A stretch of DNA of 64,000 bases, from contig JASCQW010000043.1 of NCBI GenBank assembly GCA_030264375.1, positions 52,575,760 through 52,639,759 of the forward strand, given 5' to 3'. The stretch's first letter is position 1; the number at the start of each line of letters is the position of its first letter. This document shows, piece by piece, positions 36,269 to 49,885 of this stretch. Origin of the DNA: Carcharhinus longimanus. Its lineage: Eukaryota. The notes beneath the pieces were generated by a model. It was not told where the DNA came from and made no database searches. It saw nothing but the letters and a program-made list of their open reading frames with translations. Position numbers and translations under genes: made by a program.

Positions 36269-38283
36269 AATCGTCGTCTGGCAGACTTTCCCAATACGAT
36301 TGGTTGAAGAGCCTCACTGTTCACAAAAACTGTTCAACTTTAACTGTTCACAAAAACCAATGATCCTCTTTACAGAGCAGTACACTCAAACAGTTTGCAT
36401 TTTAGAAATCTCCAATAGCAAGCTCACTATAAGTCTGTGGGCACAATATCTGCACTGAATGGCAAAAGCTATTGCTTTGCAGCTCACTGGTCTGCACGTA
36501 CTTGAATCGCACAAACCATTTTCAATTCTGTGGAATTGTACTTCAAACCTCATATCTGGGAGATTACTTTTGCCAGGTGTTTTCAGTTACTCCAAAATGT
36601 GTGCACAAAGGTATGGGAGTCACTGCCCATTGGACTGTCATATTAGGCATTAGAGAAGAATGCACACTATTGGCAACACATTGGGACCACACTGAAATTA
36701 GCAAACAATGACATTATTTCATGATCAATTTTTCACAACATTCGCAAAGACAAAAAAAGATATACGATTCACGAAAGAAGGTCTATATTTTCGGTTTGAT
36801 TCTCATCTGTGCAGTACTTTGTAAATCCACTGAAAATGAGAAAAAAATTATTAGAATACATCCAGTGTGATACAACAAAAATGCTTCCTCATGATTCGAA
36901 AGGAGAAATATCAATCCATTTTTTTAAAAAAATAATGTTCCCGTGGAATTTATGAAGTCACAGGATACATGAAGAGCAGTATACACATAATTCATTATTA
37001 AATGTATAGGAAGTTTTAACTGAAGGGACAGCCTTGAGAACAAGGTATAGGTTGCTAATTTCTTGCTGGCTGAGCCTTTTCAGGCCACCAAAGCTAACTA
37101 ATCAGAATTAAAATTTTTACACTGCAGCTACTCAACAATTCCACGTGATAAAGCGCCATGAGTGGACACAATCAGAAAAAGAGATCCAGCTTAATGTTAA
37201 TTGGGCAAATTTCTCTAAGAAAATTTATTTGCCTGATTTTATTTATTTGCCAGTTTCTCCTCCTGTTCAATGGTGATTTATAAATCACATGCACATTTGG
37301 CATAACAACATTTGGGACACTGCACAATTTAACACAGACACAAGGCTTCTAATTCACATATGAACAAGAATCATGCCTTATTATAATGTTTTATTTTGTT
37401 TATGTGGATTGGAAAATGTATTTATATTTGTAATCTAAAAATAAGCCCCATGCAATTAGTGTTTGGTTAAGTTGTGTAACAAAAAGCAAATAAAAATAGA
37501 ACTTGAGTCGGTATTCTAAACCTTCAGACATATAAATAAATATCATCCAAAAAATTATTTAATCAGAAAATTTTGGGAGGAAAAAAAACATACAATTAAA
37601 TAATGAAAAGGTTAATTGTCAACTTAATAGAAAAAATAAAATTAACTTTCGCTCCTTTAGACAAAGTAAGTGTGTCCAATGGCACAAGGGCACAGAAAAT
37701 CACATCCGAACACATTATCCAAGTCCATTAGCTTTCACTCAGGAATTTGTAATAATTTGATTGCCTATTCCACCTTCATTGACATTCACTCTTTGGGCTT
37801 AGCTTCACATTTGGACTTGCTCAAAGCAAGTCATACAGCTGATGAAAGGAGATTTATAAGTTATGCACTAAAGCTTTGAGAATGGGAAAAGAGACTGGTC
37901 TGGAACTAATGGCATTGATATTTTTTCCACCCATTAAAAAAGATCTATGATAGGTCTTGGTTAATACATTTTCCTTATTCAGTGCACCAGATCGCATCAT
38001 CAAATTACAACCTTCCAATACAACAAGGATTACAACTTTTGTGTTTTTTTAAGCAGTGTTTCTTCCCCTCTTCCAACTATCAAAAGTCACGTGAGCTGAA
38101 AATCAATTAAGTTTTTTTAAAGCAATCCATTTCACTAAGAAGTACTATTTCGTACTAAATAATTTTGAATTAATTACTGAAGTTAAAGGTAGTTAAACAT
38201 TTTATTGATTTACCAGATAAGAAACATGCTAAATAAAAAACAAACTACATTTTCAGTATTTGAGCAATGTTTCCAAAATTACG

Positions 38284-38855
38284 ACCCAGACTTTGCAGTG
38301 ATAATAACAGAGAAACAGAGTATTTTCAGTCAGTATTCCACTGAAACTGACAGCAATTTCTGGAGTCCAGACATGCACATAATAATTTGGCAATAGTTGC
38401 TGTTAGTGATCCCACACCTGCAGAGGGCAAGTTCTTGAGATCCACCAGACCGCAATCACGAAGCAATCAGTGAACTGAGGAAAATTTCTGCTTTAACTCT
38501 GTTATTCTCACTGTTAAAATGCCACACTGACTTCAGATTTACTGTTCAACACTTTCGCTGACTCTGAAAAATGAATTCTGTGTTCAAGAATGCCATACCT
38601 CTCCATTATGCTAAGAAATTCCATGCATTATAATCTTTTAAATTAAAATTGTTTGCCTTTATTTTAGCTTTAATCTTAATCCAATTGTAATCATGCATTT
38701 TTTCTGAAATTTTAAATTCAAAATGAGGGGATACTATGCTTTTAACTTCCTGGTTTGCTTGGCCCTAGATTTGCCAGGGGGAAAACTATGTCACAAAGGC
38801 TGAGAGGTTCTTTCTGGGCAGCTTTACTTGACATCAAAGGCAAGTGGCTTTGCTT
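38284..38855. mobile_element. Probable old MITE remnant
   Basis: Begins CCCAGACTTTGCAG and contains a CATGCACA motif like the CpG-decayed CATGCGCA of the other MITEs. Right TIR not confirmed. Confidence 0.35.
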
Positions 38856-40704
38856 NNNNNNNNNNTGATACAAAACCAGGTCCCATCGCAGTGATGCACA
38901 ACTGATCACACATTCTAACCATGTCACCTTAGACATTCAGCTGGGGAATGTGTACACACATGTCTATGTATATGTGCTTGTGCGGGTGAGTGTGTGCATA
39001 TGCAAGCATGTGAGATGTCCCTAATGGACAACATCTTTTCTGGATAATACACTCTATCATGTCAAAGGGGCCACTTCAATTCACAGAAATTAACTGACCA
39101 CTGATATATTTTTAAAAATAGAATTATTTTAGTTTGCTTTTTTTTAAGCTTTCAACATTTTCTATTTACAATGGCTGCATGAACCTGTTTGGTCACTTGC
39201 CAAATGTGAGTTGTTTGAATGACTGGAACTGGCATCAATTCTGAGCCAGAACATCATACTTAACCTATGCCAGGCACGCCTGCTCTATTTTCTCCAAGTA
39301 CCCCATGACATGAAGCAATTAAGTTTTAAAAGGTCTTATGCAACTGGAATATTCCTATTTACAAAGATCCACTAAGGAGTTACTAATCAAACCAAAAAGT
39401 TCCAGATTTATTTCGGCTTTTTGGGAGGGCAGACAAAGGAATAAGAGTATTGGGTTTACATTTCTACTCATTGCTTAGTAATCTCATATTGAAGTACACA
39501 TGCTCAACATTAAGAGGATAGGGAGGTGGTAAATGGACATAAAAATATGGGATTATAGTCAGTGACAACTGGACACCCCCTACCCTAAGAGTTGATACTT
39601 GCCGTTCAGGATAATGAAGGAAGAGCAGCTGTTCGAATAAAGTTCGAGTCAACAGCATCTGCAAAAATGTTTTTTGTTCTTCCATCTCTGTAAGGTGCCT
39701 TGGGCTTTTTTTAAATGCGAAGAATGTTAGATAAATGCAAATTACTGCTGTTGATTCACCGGAACAGAAGGATGTGGTTTTTATCTGGAAAATTTAATAC
39801 GCTGAGTTCTGGATCTTCATCATACAAAAGCTCCAAGTAGAAGCCAGGTTTTATCCAAATGACAGGGAAAGGAAAACTATAAGGCAATGTAGCTCTTCCA
39901 TGTTAGGTTTTTAGTTCACTCACAGGCAGGGGCCTTCAGAACAGGTTTCCCACCCAATCAGGAACTGTGATAAAGATTAGAGAGGGAGGGGATTCCTTAC
40001 CACAAAAAAGGTGTTACTCAAAGCTGTGAAACTGCATTTCAGAGTGACATTTTCAACAATTGCCAAGTTGCTCCAGCTTATTATAAGAGACAAAGATTGA
40101 AGAGTCGAAAGCAAATAAACACAGCGCTGCAGGTTTTGAGAGTTCCAACTCCCATTTCAGCCTGTGAGACCAAAATAACTGATATTTTCCTCAGCCACCT
40201 TGCAAGTGAAAATTTTATTACAAAATCGCAATGCTACCTACCTTTTTCAGATTAACCAGCACTTTATCACACAATACATGAAATTTTAAAAAGATGCAGA
40301 CATTGTCCGTTTCGGTAATTGTTCCCTTTCCAATTTCTGAGTTTAGTTAAAGATTAAATTTGAAATACTTACACAGAATTCACCATCTTGCATTATCTGA
40401 CAAATATCATTTGTAGAAAAGTGAATTGCTACAAGAAAGTTACTGTACTTGAGTCTGAGCTTGAAAATTCTATTGTGCCAATTGCTGCGTTAGCAGCACT
40501 GACCCTATGTCTTTCTAAAACGATTCATCAAAGGTAAAATCAAGTAAGTCTCAAGGACAGAATACAAAAGCATAATTTTGCAAGTGTTTTATAAAAACAT
40601 TTGATACACAAATGACTAAACAATCTATTGATGATACTTAAGATAACTCCTCAGCATGAAAGGATGAACACATCTATGAAACTTAATGATTTTTATGATT
40701 TAGT

Positions 40705-41138
40705 ATCAGCTGCAGCTCAGTGGGTAGCGCTCTCCCTTCCAAACAAAAAGGTTGTGGGTTAAATTCCACTCCAGGTAACTTCAGCACAAAAATCACAGCT
40801 GATGCTGTGCAGTGCTACATTACCAAGACACTGTCTTTTGGATTAGAGGCCAAGCAGAGCCTCTGTCTGTGCTCTCAGGCAGATGCCAAACATCTCATTG
40901 CACTACTTTGAAAAGCAGAAATGTTAACCAGTGTCTTATTTATCCCTTAATCAACATCAGACAAACTGACCATTTAGTTATCGTATGACTGTTTGTGGGA
41001 GCTTGCTGTGTGCAAATTGGCTGCCACACATCCTACATTACAACATTGTCTACACTTCAAAAGTACTCTATTGGTTGTAAAGTGCTTTCAGGCAATCTAC
41101 TGTCATGAAAGCCCAATATAAATGCAAGTCTGTCCTTC
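40705..41138 (+). mobile_element. Deu-domain SINE (SacSINE1/AmnSINE-like), near full length
   Basis: tRNA-like head GCTCAGTGGGTAGCGCTC...GGTTGTGGGTTAAATTCCACTCCAG, Deu core CTGTTTGTGGGAGCTTGCTGTGTGCAAATTGGCTGCC, and an L2-like tail ATATAAATGCAAGTCT. Confidence 0.85.
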
Positions 41139-41327
41139 TTAGTTAACTGGATTAAGAAATGAAACTTAGATTACAATGTTTGGAAGTATACAAATCATAG
41201 ACCCCAGACACATTGAAAATTGGGTCATAATGGAAGAATTGGCAATATTTTTGTAATCTGGACAATATTCACCTGAAAACCGAGAAAAAAACTAACAAAC
41301 CAGTCATAGTTTGCCTTTGCTATAATT

Positions 41328-41824
41328 TATAGATAGATAGATAGATAGATAGAACATTACAGCACAGTACAGGCCCTTCGGCCCTCAATATTGTGCCGAG
41401 CTACGTCCAATCCCAAGATCAAGCTATCCCACTTCTGGTGTGCTCCATGTGCCTATCCAATAACTGCTTGAAAGTTCCTAAAGTGTCCGACTCCACTATC
41501 ACAGCAGGCNNNNNNNNNNNNNNNNNNNNNNNNNNNNNNNNNNNNNNNNNNNNNNNNNNNNNNNNNNNNNNNNNNNNNNNNNNNNNNNNNNNNNNNNNNN
41601 NNNNNNNNNCCACTATCACAGCAGGCAGTGCATTCCACACCCCAACCACTCTCTGAGTGAAGAATCTACCTCGGATATCCCTCCTATATCCCCTACCATG
41701 AACCTTATAGTTATGTCCCCTAGTAAAAGCAATATCTACCCAAGGAAGTAGTCTCTGCACATCCACTCTATCAATCCCTTTCATCATCTTATAAACCTCT
41801 ATCAAGTCGCTTCTCAACCTCCTC
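41328..41824 (-). mobile_element. CR1 3' end with (GATA)n expanded tail
   Basis: RLRSDLIEVYKMMKGIDRVD...FFTQRVVGVWNALPAVIV. About six ATAG units at 41329-41352. Confidence 0.9.
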
Positions 41825-42391
41825 AAATATTTCCTGGTTAGCAATCCTGACATGGTCAGCTCGGAAAAATGGGAGGAGGAGGAGGAGGAGGCACGTCCCT
41901 TCGTGGACGAGAAATTTTTGGTGAAACTGTTTTTACTTTGGGAGAGAAAAACACAACAAACAATTCTTTTCCTGTTGATATAATGGCAACATGCATGTGA
42001 CACAATAATAAGATTTCACAACGTTGCTTGTGAATTCATGAATAAACATCTCCAAAACTTTCTCTATTCTCTGACAAAACATGAAAGGTGGGGAATTCAA
42101 ATGTGTTATTCGATGAGGAAAGTGCAATCCCAGCATTTTGACTTGAAAATATTAATTAGAATGTAGGCCACTCGCCACAAGATTTTGGCAAACTGAGAGA
42201 AGTCAGATCGCATTTCATGTCTACTGATGAGAATAACGAATGGTAGAAAAAGGATACATTTCATTTTTTCATAGGTTACCTGATAATGGAACATAATGAC
42301 TTCAGGGCGAGAAGATAAGCAACGGAGTTTAACTTTGCTATGTTGTACACTCAGTGTAAGGAATGAATGCTTTACATAATTTTTTAAGTTC

Positions 42392-42660
42392 ATTTATTAG
42401 TATAAGTAGGCTTACATTAACACTGCAATGAAGTTACTGTGAAAATCCTCTAGTCGCCACACTCTGGTGCCTGTTTGGGTGCACTGAGGGAGAATTTAGC
42501 ATGGCCAATGCACCTAACCAGCACATCTTTCAGACAGTGGGAGGAAACCCACACCAACACAGGGAGAACGTGCAGACTCCACACAGACAGTGACCCCAGC
42601 TGGGAATCGAACCTGGATCCCTGGCGCTGTGAGGCAGCAGTGCTAACCATTGTGTCACCA
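42392..42660 (-). mobile_element. HE1-like V-SINE, same subfamily as 25991-26300
   Basis: Reverse complement similarity along the whole length, including the ACAGTAACTTCATTGCAGTGTTAATGTAAGCCTAC tail. Confidence 0.92.
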
Positions 42661-43279
42661 AATTATCTACAGACATGATGTACATCAAAAAGAAAGCCCA
42701 CACTTAACAGATATATCATACCAGTCACCAACTAAGACAGAGCAGTAGGCAATCAAACAATTTGTTTCACCAGTCACCGCAACCCTCAACTTAAACCACC
42801 AAAGTTCCATTATTTGTAAATGTGGATTATATTACACTAATTTAATTGTGGATCCAATCTCAACTTACTTTTACACAGTACTGGTGATGGACATATAACA
42901 CTTCTACCATCAGCAGCAGGGTCAAAAACTTAATATTTTCTGGGCTTCGTGAATTGCCACAAGAACTTAACTTGATCTACTCAATCCAAAGATGCAAAAT
43001 TCATCCCATCAGCAATGGAAGGCGCATCAATGGCTAGGAATCAAATTCTAGGCCTTCATAGTCTACCTGACTGCAATGCTCCTGGAACAGCACTTGTAAA
43101 ACTCAACTCTCTGAAACTCACCCACAATGTTTTCCCCAGTAAGCAGATTGGTGACATAATGCATGATAAAAATACTGTCAAAGAATAAAGGAGAAAGAAA
43201 AAACTGTTCCACCCCGGCACCAAACATCACAGTAATTTAGAGAAATCAGGACTCAAATTTATCCCAGCTTGCAAAGAGA

Positions 43280-43382
43280 TAATGTGGGGTTATGGGAATA
43301 GGGTTGGGTGGGATTGTGGTGGATACAGATTCAATGGACTGAATAGCCTCATTCTGTATTGTAGGGATTCTATAAATCTATG
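43280..43382 (+). mobile_element. HE1/CR1 3' tail fragment
   Basis: AATGTGGGGTTATGGGAATAGGG...TGTAGGGATTCTAT. Confidence 0.7.
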
Positions 43383-43518
43383 AAAGATGACAGATTGTGG
43401 ACCTGATACTTCCCAACATGAGTACATAAAAATCTGGTGAACCAATCATCCGTGATCAGTCCTTCACCAAGGTAGGAGTAATTTGCCTAAGGGTATGCCT
43501 CTGCTCAATTCTCTACGC

Positions 43519-43984
43519 CAGTGATGGACTAACAAGGCTAATGTGTGGGCCGCATTGGTGGCCCTCCTTCATCTCAGTGGGCTGCAAGGTTGAAACTGGG
43601 CATATTCACCAATTATGACCCCTGAATAAGACTGAACATATTTAATACACACTGAACATTTCATAACAGTTATACAAAATGCTGAATCATTCATATGTTA
43701 ATAGAACTGTCACTAGCATCAAGCAGTTAAAACAAAAGAAATATTTACACCTGATTGGACGCAGAGCTCTCACCGTCAATGTTGTGCACACACATCACTT
43801 TAAGTGCCCTTGTTTTATGTGCGCGTCACTTCAGTCACACCTGTGGGAAAAATGCTATTTGGTGGGAAGCTGGCAGAACGTGGCAACTCCGCACATGGAC
43901 AACAGTCAACAAAATGTCCTGTGGACTACACTCAGAACCTGATGGGCCACATATGGCCAGTGGACCGCAGGTTGCGCACCATTT
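43519..43984. mobile_element. hAT-Charlie-like non-autonomous DNA transposon (466 bp)
   Basis: Termini CAGTGATGGAC... and GGTTGCGCACCATTT, subterminal GGGCCGCA/TGGCCC motifs, and an 8-bp TSD CTCTACGC / CTCTACAG (6/8) with central TA. Confidence 0.75.
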
Positions 43985-46100
43985 CTCTACAGCTTATGGT
44001 CTTCTAGTTTCCTCTTCTGTTGTTTGTAGCAGCTCCCAATCTCAATTTCAAAATGTCTAACATCTACATTCTCTTTCTCCCTCTGGGTCCATAACTCTCT
44101 AATCTTTCAAAATGCCTTAGAAAATATTCAATCCAACCTTCTTGCCTATTCTTGATGACATCCAATAATGATGTTCCTATCTCCACCGTCCTGAGAATGT
44201 CTTCATTGCTCTTGAGTTCTTGCCAACTGACCTACTCCATCCTTTTCCAGAACCATATTCCACAACTTTGGCTGTCAGCTTGTTTCCAGGTCCATGTTTT
44301 CGGCCCATTCAACAAGACAATGCAAATCACAGTCTTGATAATTATTTTCTTAAAACCTTTATTCATTCCATTTCTATTCAGCGAGGTAACGGCGGATCAA
44401 AAGTCAGCATTCATCACCCTCTCAGCAACAGACCAAAGGGTTCCTTTGGTTAAACAAATAGGTTATTTTCAAATAACAATGGTTTCTTGATCATCATTCC
44501 ACATTTTTCCAGGATTCAAGTTTCACCCTGGATCTCCAGTTCAATGATAATACCACAACACCACCACCCCCCCATCGATATCCCCATCAGATTTTCAGCA
44601 CCCACAGTATTTTGCTCTGGGATTATTTTAAAAAATGAGTCAAGATATGAAACATTATAATTCACATTTATTGAAATATATATCAACATTCTGGTGTAAA
44701 TTAATGGGTGAAAAGTAAGGAATAGTTCGGTATAGAAATGGAACATATTTCCATTTTTGTCATTCACTGAGAAAATTAGTCACCCCCTCATTTTCTTCCA
44801 TCATGCACGCTCCAATCCTTCAATCATGATCTGTCCTTCTGGCATTTTTTGTTAAATTTAGTCTCAATCGGGACATAAATATAAGATTTGAGTAAAAGCT
44901 GAAATTGAAATTTCACAAATATAAATTCGACTCTTCAAGGACAGTTAGGCTGTTCAGCATTATTTATGAACTTAATGCACCATTAAAAACCAAGCTACAA
45001 TTCAGTCAACAAGGTATAACATTTTCAAAGAATTTTACAGAGAGCTAAACATCGTAATAGGACAACTTTTGGCAGTTCAGCAATTTGTACTGGATCAGCG
45101 CACAAGGAGCATTCAACAGTGTGCCTGGAGAAGAACTGACAGCAACTTCCAGATTTCCACTTTATACTGCACATTTATGGATTACAGAAGTTTCAACAAA
45201 GTAACGATGGTGACATTGACAGTTTTGTTGTTATTACCAAGACAAAACTGGGGTCCTGTAACAGCCCAGCATGCACAATACTAACATTCATTTCCTGCTC
45301 TCCAGAATCTCTGATGCTATCTGGTATGTCAAAAAGCCCGATATCTAATCAAACTATTTTTCTCCATTAAATTGAAACACATCAGATTATGGATCAGCCT
45401 CCACTTGAACACCATAAACTGTCTATGTACACATTATATTGGCACATACCTGCACATATGGTGCATAATTCAGTAATTTAGTAACACGAACAACATATAG
45501 ACCAGACTGACACCATCAAGGTCAGGAGAATTCAATAGCGGCTCAGGTCAGGAATTGAGGAGGGGCCAGTCACATCTTCTGAAACAGTAGAAGCAACAAC
45601 ATAACAACAAGCAGCAATACAAACTAAGTAAATAACATTTTTGTGGTTTAATTTCCTGAAAATGAAGCAATTTTCTTTGGCTGAGTATATTCACTCATAC
45701 TTATCAAGTATTAATCTCCCATACATTTTGCACTCCCCTGATCGCTTAGATAGCAAAGACAGAAAATACCCAAGTCTTACAGAACAAGACCCGGGTTCGC
45801 TCTCCTATCCATCTCTGGTCATCTGGTTAAGGCTGGGGTGCAGTGGAATGGAATAGCAGTCTCAGCAGCTGAGTAAGAACAAATTAATTGGCAAAGGAAA
45901 CTGGTTGTTTTGTAATTGAACAACTCCTGCTCATGAGTCAAAGGTAAGCAACAAAAGCCTGAATTTGTTTGCAAGGAAAGGTCTCACTTCTGAGTGTGGT
46001 NNNNNNNNNNNNNNNNNNNNNNNNNNNNNNNNNNNNNNNNNNNNNNNNNNNNNNNNNNNNNNNNNNNNNNNNNNNNNNNNNNNNNNNNNNNNNNNNNNNN

Positions 46101-46452
46101 AGTGTGGTGGAGGGAGCGATCAGGGTCTTGGGGAACAGGTCCAGGGGTAACATGACTTTGGGGGCGGGGGGGGTGGATCTCTGTCAAAGAGAGCTTCTGA
46201 TGGAGATAATCCCAGAACTCCACTTCCCACCTGAACTCTAAGTCCTTTTATTTTTGGATTTCCCCCACACAAGGTCAGCCTAAAAATTGGAACTGGGTGC
46301 AAAACATCCTTTAAGTGCCACTTAAGGGCCTCAATTGGGGCAAGGGTGGGTTTCCTATCCAAATCCTTGTCCGCCCTGTGTAAAGTCACTATATAATTGG
46401 GGTGGGCAGCAACCTTCAATTTAACACTCTCCCCCTACCTGCCTAAAAACCT
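46101..46452. mobile_element. GC-rich MITE remnant (one end)
   Basis: GC-rich with a CCACTTAAGGGCCTCAATTGG motif. The other end is lost in the gap. Confidence 0.35.
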
Positions 46453-46825
46453 GTAGTGTCAGTCAGGGAGGGACCAGGACAGGTTGTTGGTGACCTAGAC
46501 ATCCAAAAACTTGAAACTCTAGACCCTTTCTACTTCGTGCCCGTTGATGTAGACAGGGGCATGTTCTCCTTTATGCTTCTTGAAGTTGATGACAATCTCC
46601 TTCGTTTTGCTGACATTGAGGGGAAGATTATTGTTGCTGCACCAGTTCACCAGATTCTCTATCTCAATCCTGTCCTCTGTCTAGTCATTGTTTGAGATTC
46701 CACCCACCACAGTGATGTCGTCAGCAAACTGGAAAATTGAATTGGAGGGAATTTGGCCACACAGTCAAAAGGAGTATAGTAGGGGGCTGAGAACACAGCC
46801 TTGTGGGGCATCAGTATTGAGGATG
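46453..46825 (-). mobile_element. Rex1/Babar-type LINE RT fragment
   Basis: Minus strand encodes APQGCVLSPLLYS and FADDITVVG, then LNVSKTKEIVINFKK and SFKFLDV. Confidence 0.8.
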
Positions 46826-47589
46826 GCCAAAGTCTCATGTAAATTCATTCCATGAGGCCATGCTCAGGAATTGCCTTCCTCAATTCCTTTGCCACCCTAC
46901 TTATCTCCTACTTAATACCCTGCCTTTAAATCCATTTCTTTGACCAAGCTTTTGAATATACCTCCATTTGCACAGCATCTTGAGATGTTCATTTTCTATG
47001 TAACAGCAAAATAAATGAAAATTATTTTAGGATTCTACCCTTCTTGCATGTGCTGAAGTTAAAAACCTCTCAAGAGGACTGGATTATATTCTGTACCATT
47101 TTCCTGCTCTCTTTCTCCACCCGTTACATTTTTCTTTACTGCTACCATCACATGATGAATTTAGTTAACACCTTCAACATAAGGTGTACCTTATGCTTCA
47201 CAGATAAACGGCACTAAGGCAGGGTGAGAGATATTCAGAAGTTAGGAGTTGATTGGTTGAGAAGGATTCTTGAGACTCAGTTTTTAAAAGTTGAAAGTAC
47301 TAGAGTGTTGGGCCAAGACAGCTGAAAGCTCCACAACCAATGAAGTAAAGAGAGAAGAGAAAGCCAGAATCAGAACAACAGGTGAGAAGGAGAATCTACT
47401 GAAATTAAGGAGCTTGCAAAATTTGAGGTGGTCAAGGGTTTTACAAAGAGGACATCTAAAGTAATGCTTTATGGGGACTGATAACAGTGAAGGTCACTGA
47501 GGATGCATTGACGACTACGTGGGACTTTGTACAGACAGAACACACACATTCAGAGTCTGTGGAAAATTGTGGATGGGATGTCAGCAAGA

Positions 47590-47942
47590 TGCAACATCCT
47601 GGGGGTCACCATGGACCAGACTGAACGAATCATATAAATTCCCATGGATAGAAGAACAAGTCAGAAGCTGGGAATTGTGTGCAGAGTAACCCACTTCCTG
47701 ACTCCCCAAAGTTCATCTGCCATCTATAAGTCAGGAATGTGATGGAATATTCTCCCCTTGTCTGGGTGACCACAGTTCCAACAATCAATACCATCCAGGA
47801 CAAAGCAGTTGCATAACTGACATCCCATCCACCGCCTTAAACATTCATACCCTCCATCATGGGTGCACAATGATAGCAATTAGACCCATCAACAAGATAC
47901 ACCAGAGCATCGAACCAAGGTCCCTTTGACAGCACCTTCAGC
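47590..47942 (+). mobile_element. Family B LINE fragment (old)
   Basis: NILGVTMDQ, GAATATTCTCC and ACCATCCAGGACAAAGCAG match 10250-10800. Confidence 0.75.
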
Positions 47943-48971
47943 ACTTCATTGAGAAAACTGCCATTTGATTGATATTTTCATTTCCAATCCCAAAATGCCT
48001 TCGCTCACATATATCTATAATAAACTGCACTTGTCACTTAATTGTTCCTCCTGGCCTCTTTACAGCTTCCCGATTTCTTTCTCAATATTTAATATATATT
48101 ATGCAAACATATTTTGTTATTTTAATATATTAGTTGATTTCTCATGGTTTTGTAGCCAGGGAATGTAATATTCAGGGCCTGATCACTAGCTGGACTAAGT
48201 TACATGGGAGAAACGGAGAGGAGGAAGAGATGGATGGAAAGTAACAAATATGAGGAGAGATTTATAAATGAGGAAAAGGAAAGCACATGCCAAAGTTCAG
48301 AGGTTGTTTAGGTTTTGTTGTTTAGTTTGGAGGATCACCAATACCACTGAGTATTCAAGTGGAGAGGGCACCATATGGCGTAAGAGAAAAACGTATTAAC
48401 AGGTTTGATATCAATAGGTAGGAACACTGACAGGTTGATTTTAGAAGAAATCTTCATTGTGGTCTTGGCTCAAAACAGACAGTACAATTTGTATATGCTC
48501 CAAGACTGAAGGCCAGTGCCTAGGGATAGAACTGGAACACAGTTGGTGATGATATACATTGGGTAACTCTGGGGACATCTCTCACAAAGACATAGGTTAA
48601 GAGATGTATCACAGAAGAAAAAGAGAAAATACAGTGTTCTCTCTGTGGGGGGCCAAGCATGGCAAATAATTTTTGAGGATATTTTTGGCACGTTTGCATC
48701 AGCTTCAGGACCAGAGGTAGATCTGAAAACTGGCTTTTAAGCTTTACACAGAAACACGGGACCTCATTACTTCTCTTGGAGCTGACATGATATTACAGGT
48801 GGCTCAAGATGCTAAGATAAAAATTACTAACTTTCACCAGATAGTTTTCTCAAGAACTTAATTTTTACATGGATGTTCACAGTGAGATTTATTTTTAAGT
48901 GTTTGTTGCTACAGTGACACCCAGTGGTCAGGGTATACAATTACAAAGATATTTCAATTGCTGGAGTAAAA

Positions 48972-49368
48972 AAAATGCGCATTTTTATGACGCCCATCAC
49001 AAACTCTATGACCGAAAGCACTTTATTGTAAACTAAGCACAAGTGTTGGCATGCAGAAAATATTGCAGCCAATTTGTGCATACCAAGGTCCCACAAATAA
49101 TAAACTGATGATCGGCTTTGGTGACAGTGGGGAGTAAAAGTAAATAAAGTACACCAGAGAGAACTTTGAAATAGTGCCATGGGATCTTTTACGTCCAGCG
49201 GAAGAGGGCAGACAGAGTCTCAGTTTATCATCACGTCCGAAATGTAGTACCTTTGACAGTGCAGCACTGGAGGGTCAGCCTAGAATTTATGCTCAAATCT
49301 CTGGAGATGGACTTGAATCCACAATTTTCTGACTCAGAGGTGAGAACGTAAGCACTGAGACACAGCAT
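48972..49368 (-). mobile_element. Deu-domain SINE
   Basis: GCAGCCAATTTGTGCATACCAAGGTCCCACAAA, AGTGCCATGGGATCTTTTACGTCCA and GACAGTGCAGCACT are the reverse of 40705-41135. Confidence 0.8.
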
Positions 49369-49831
49369 GCCATGTTGCATAATTACTGCAATTAAGTACC
49401 AAAGTGCCACCCCTAAGAATAAAAAGTTGTGACACTTCTCTCATGTTTTATATAATAAATGCTGTACATGTGAACATAGATAAATCTAGATACATAGTGA
49501 GTCTTTATGCCAGGCATTCTCTCAGAATTAACATCACCCATCAGTCCCCTTAAGTCAACTTTCCATCTTCTATGATCAGAACTGTAATGTTTTCTATCCA
49601 ATATGAAGCAATATAACTGCCTAACTTTAACATTGTAATAGAGGGGCCCATAACTTTGAACACTGGCTACTGAAATAATACATGCAACCAGAAAGTGAAT
49701 TCACCAAGATTTACAGTAGATAGGCTTTACTAAGCTGAGTTACAATTTCAAATCATCAACNNNNNNNNNNNNNNNNNNNNNNNNNNNNNNNNNNNNNNNN
49801 NNNNNNNNNNNNNNNNNNNNNNNNNNNNNNN

Positions 49832-49885
49832 GACATCCTGGACCCGAGCACCAGGCAGACAACACACCCTTCTGTGCACTTTGTC
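49832..49885 (-). mobile_element. CR1 ORF1 esterase fragment
   Basis: RRVCCLPGARVQDV motif. Confidence 0.65.

Noticed and set aside
41329-41352. (GATA)n as an independent microsatellite or GATA-factor cluster
   Set aside because: It is contiguous with the CR1 3' tail and best explained as tail expansion.
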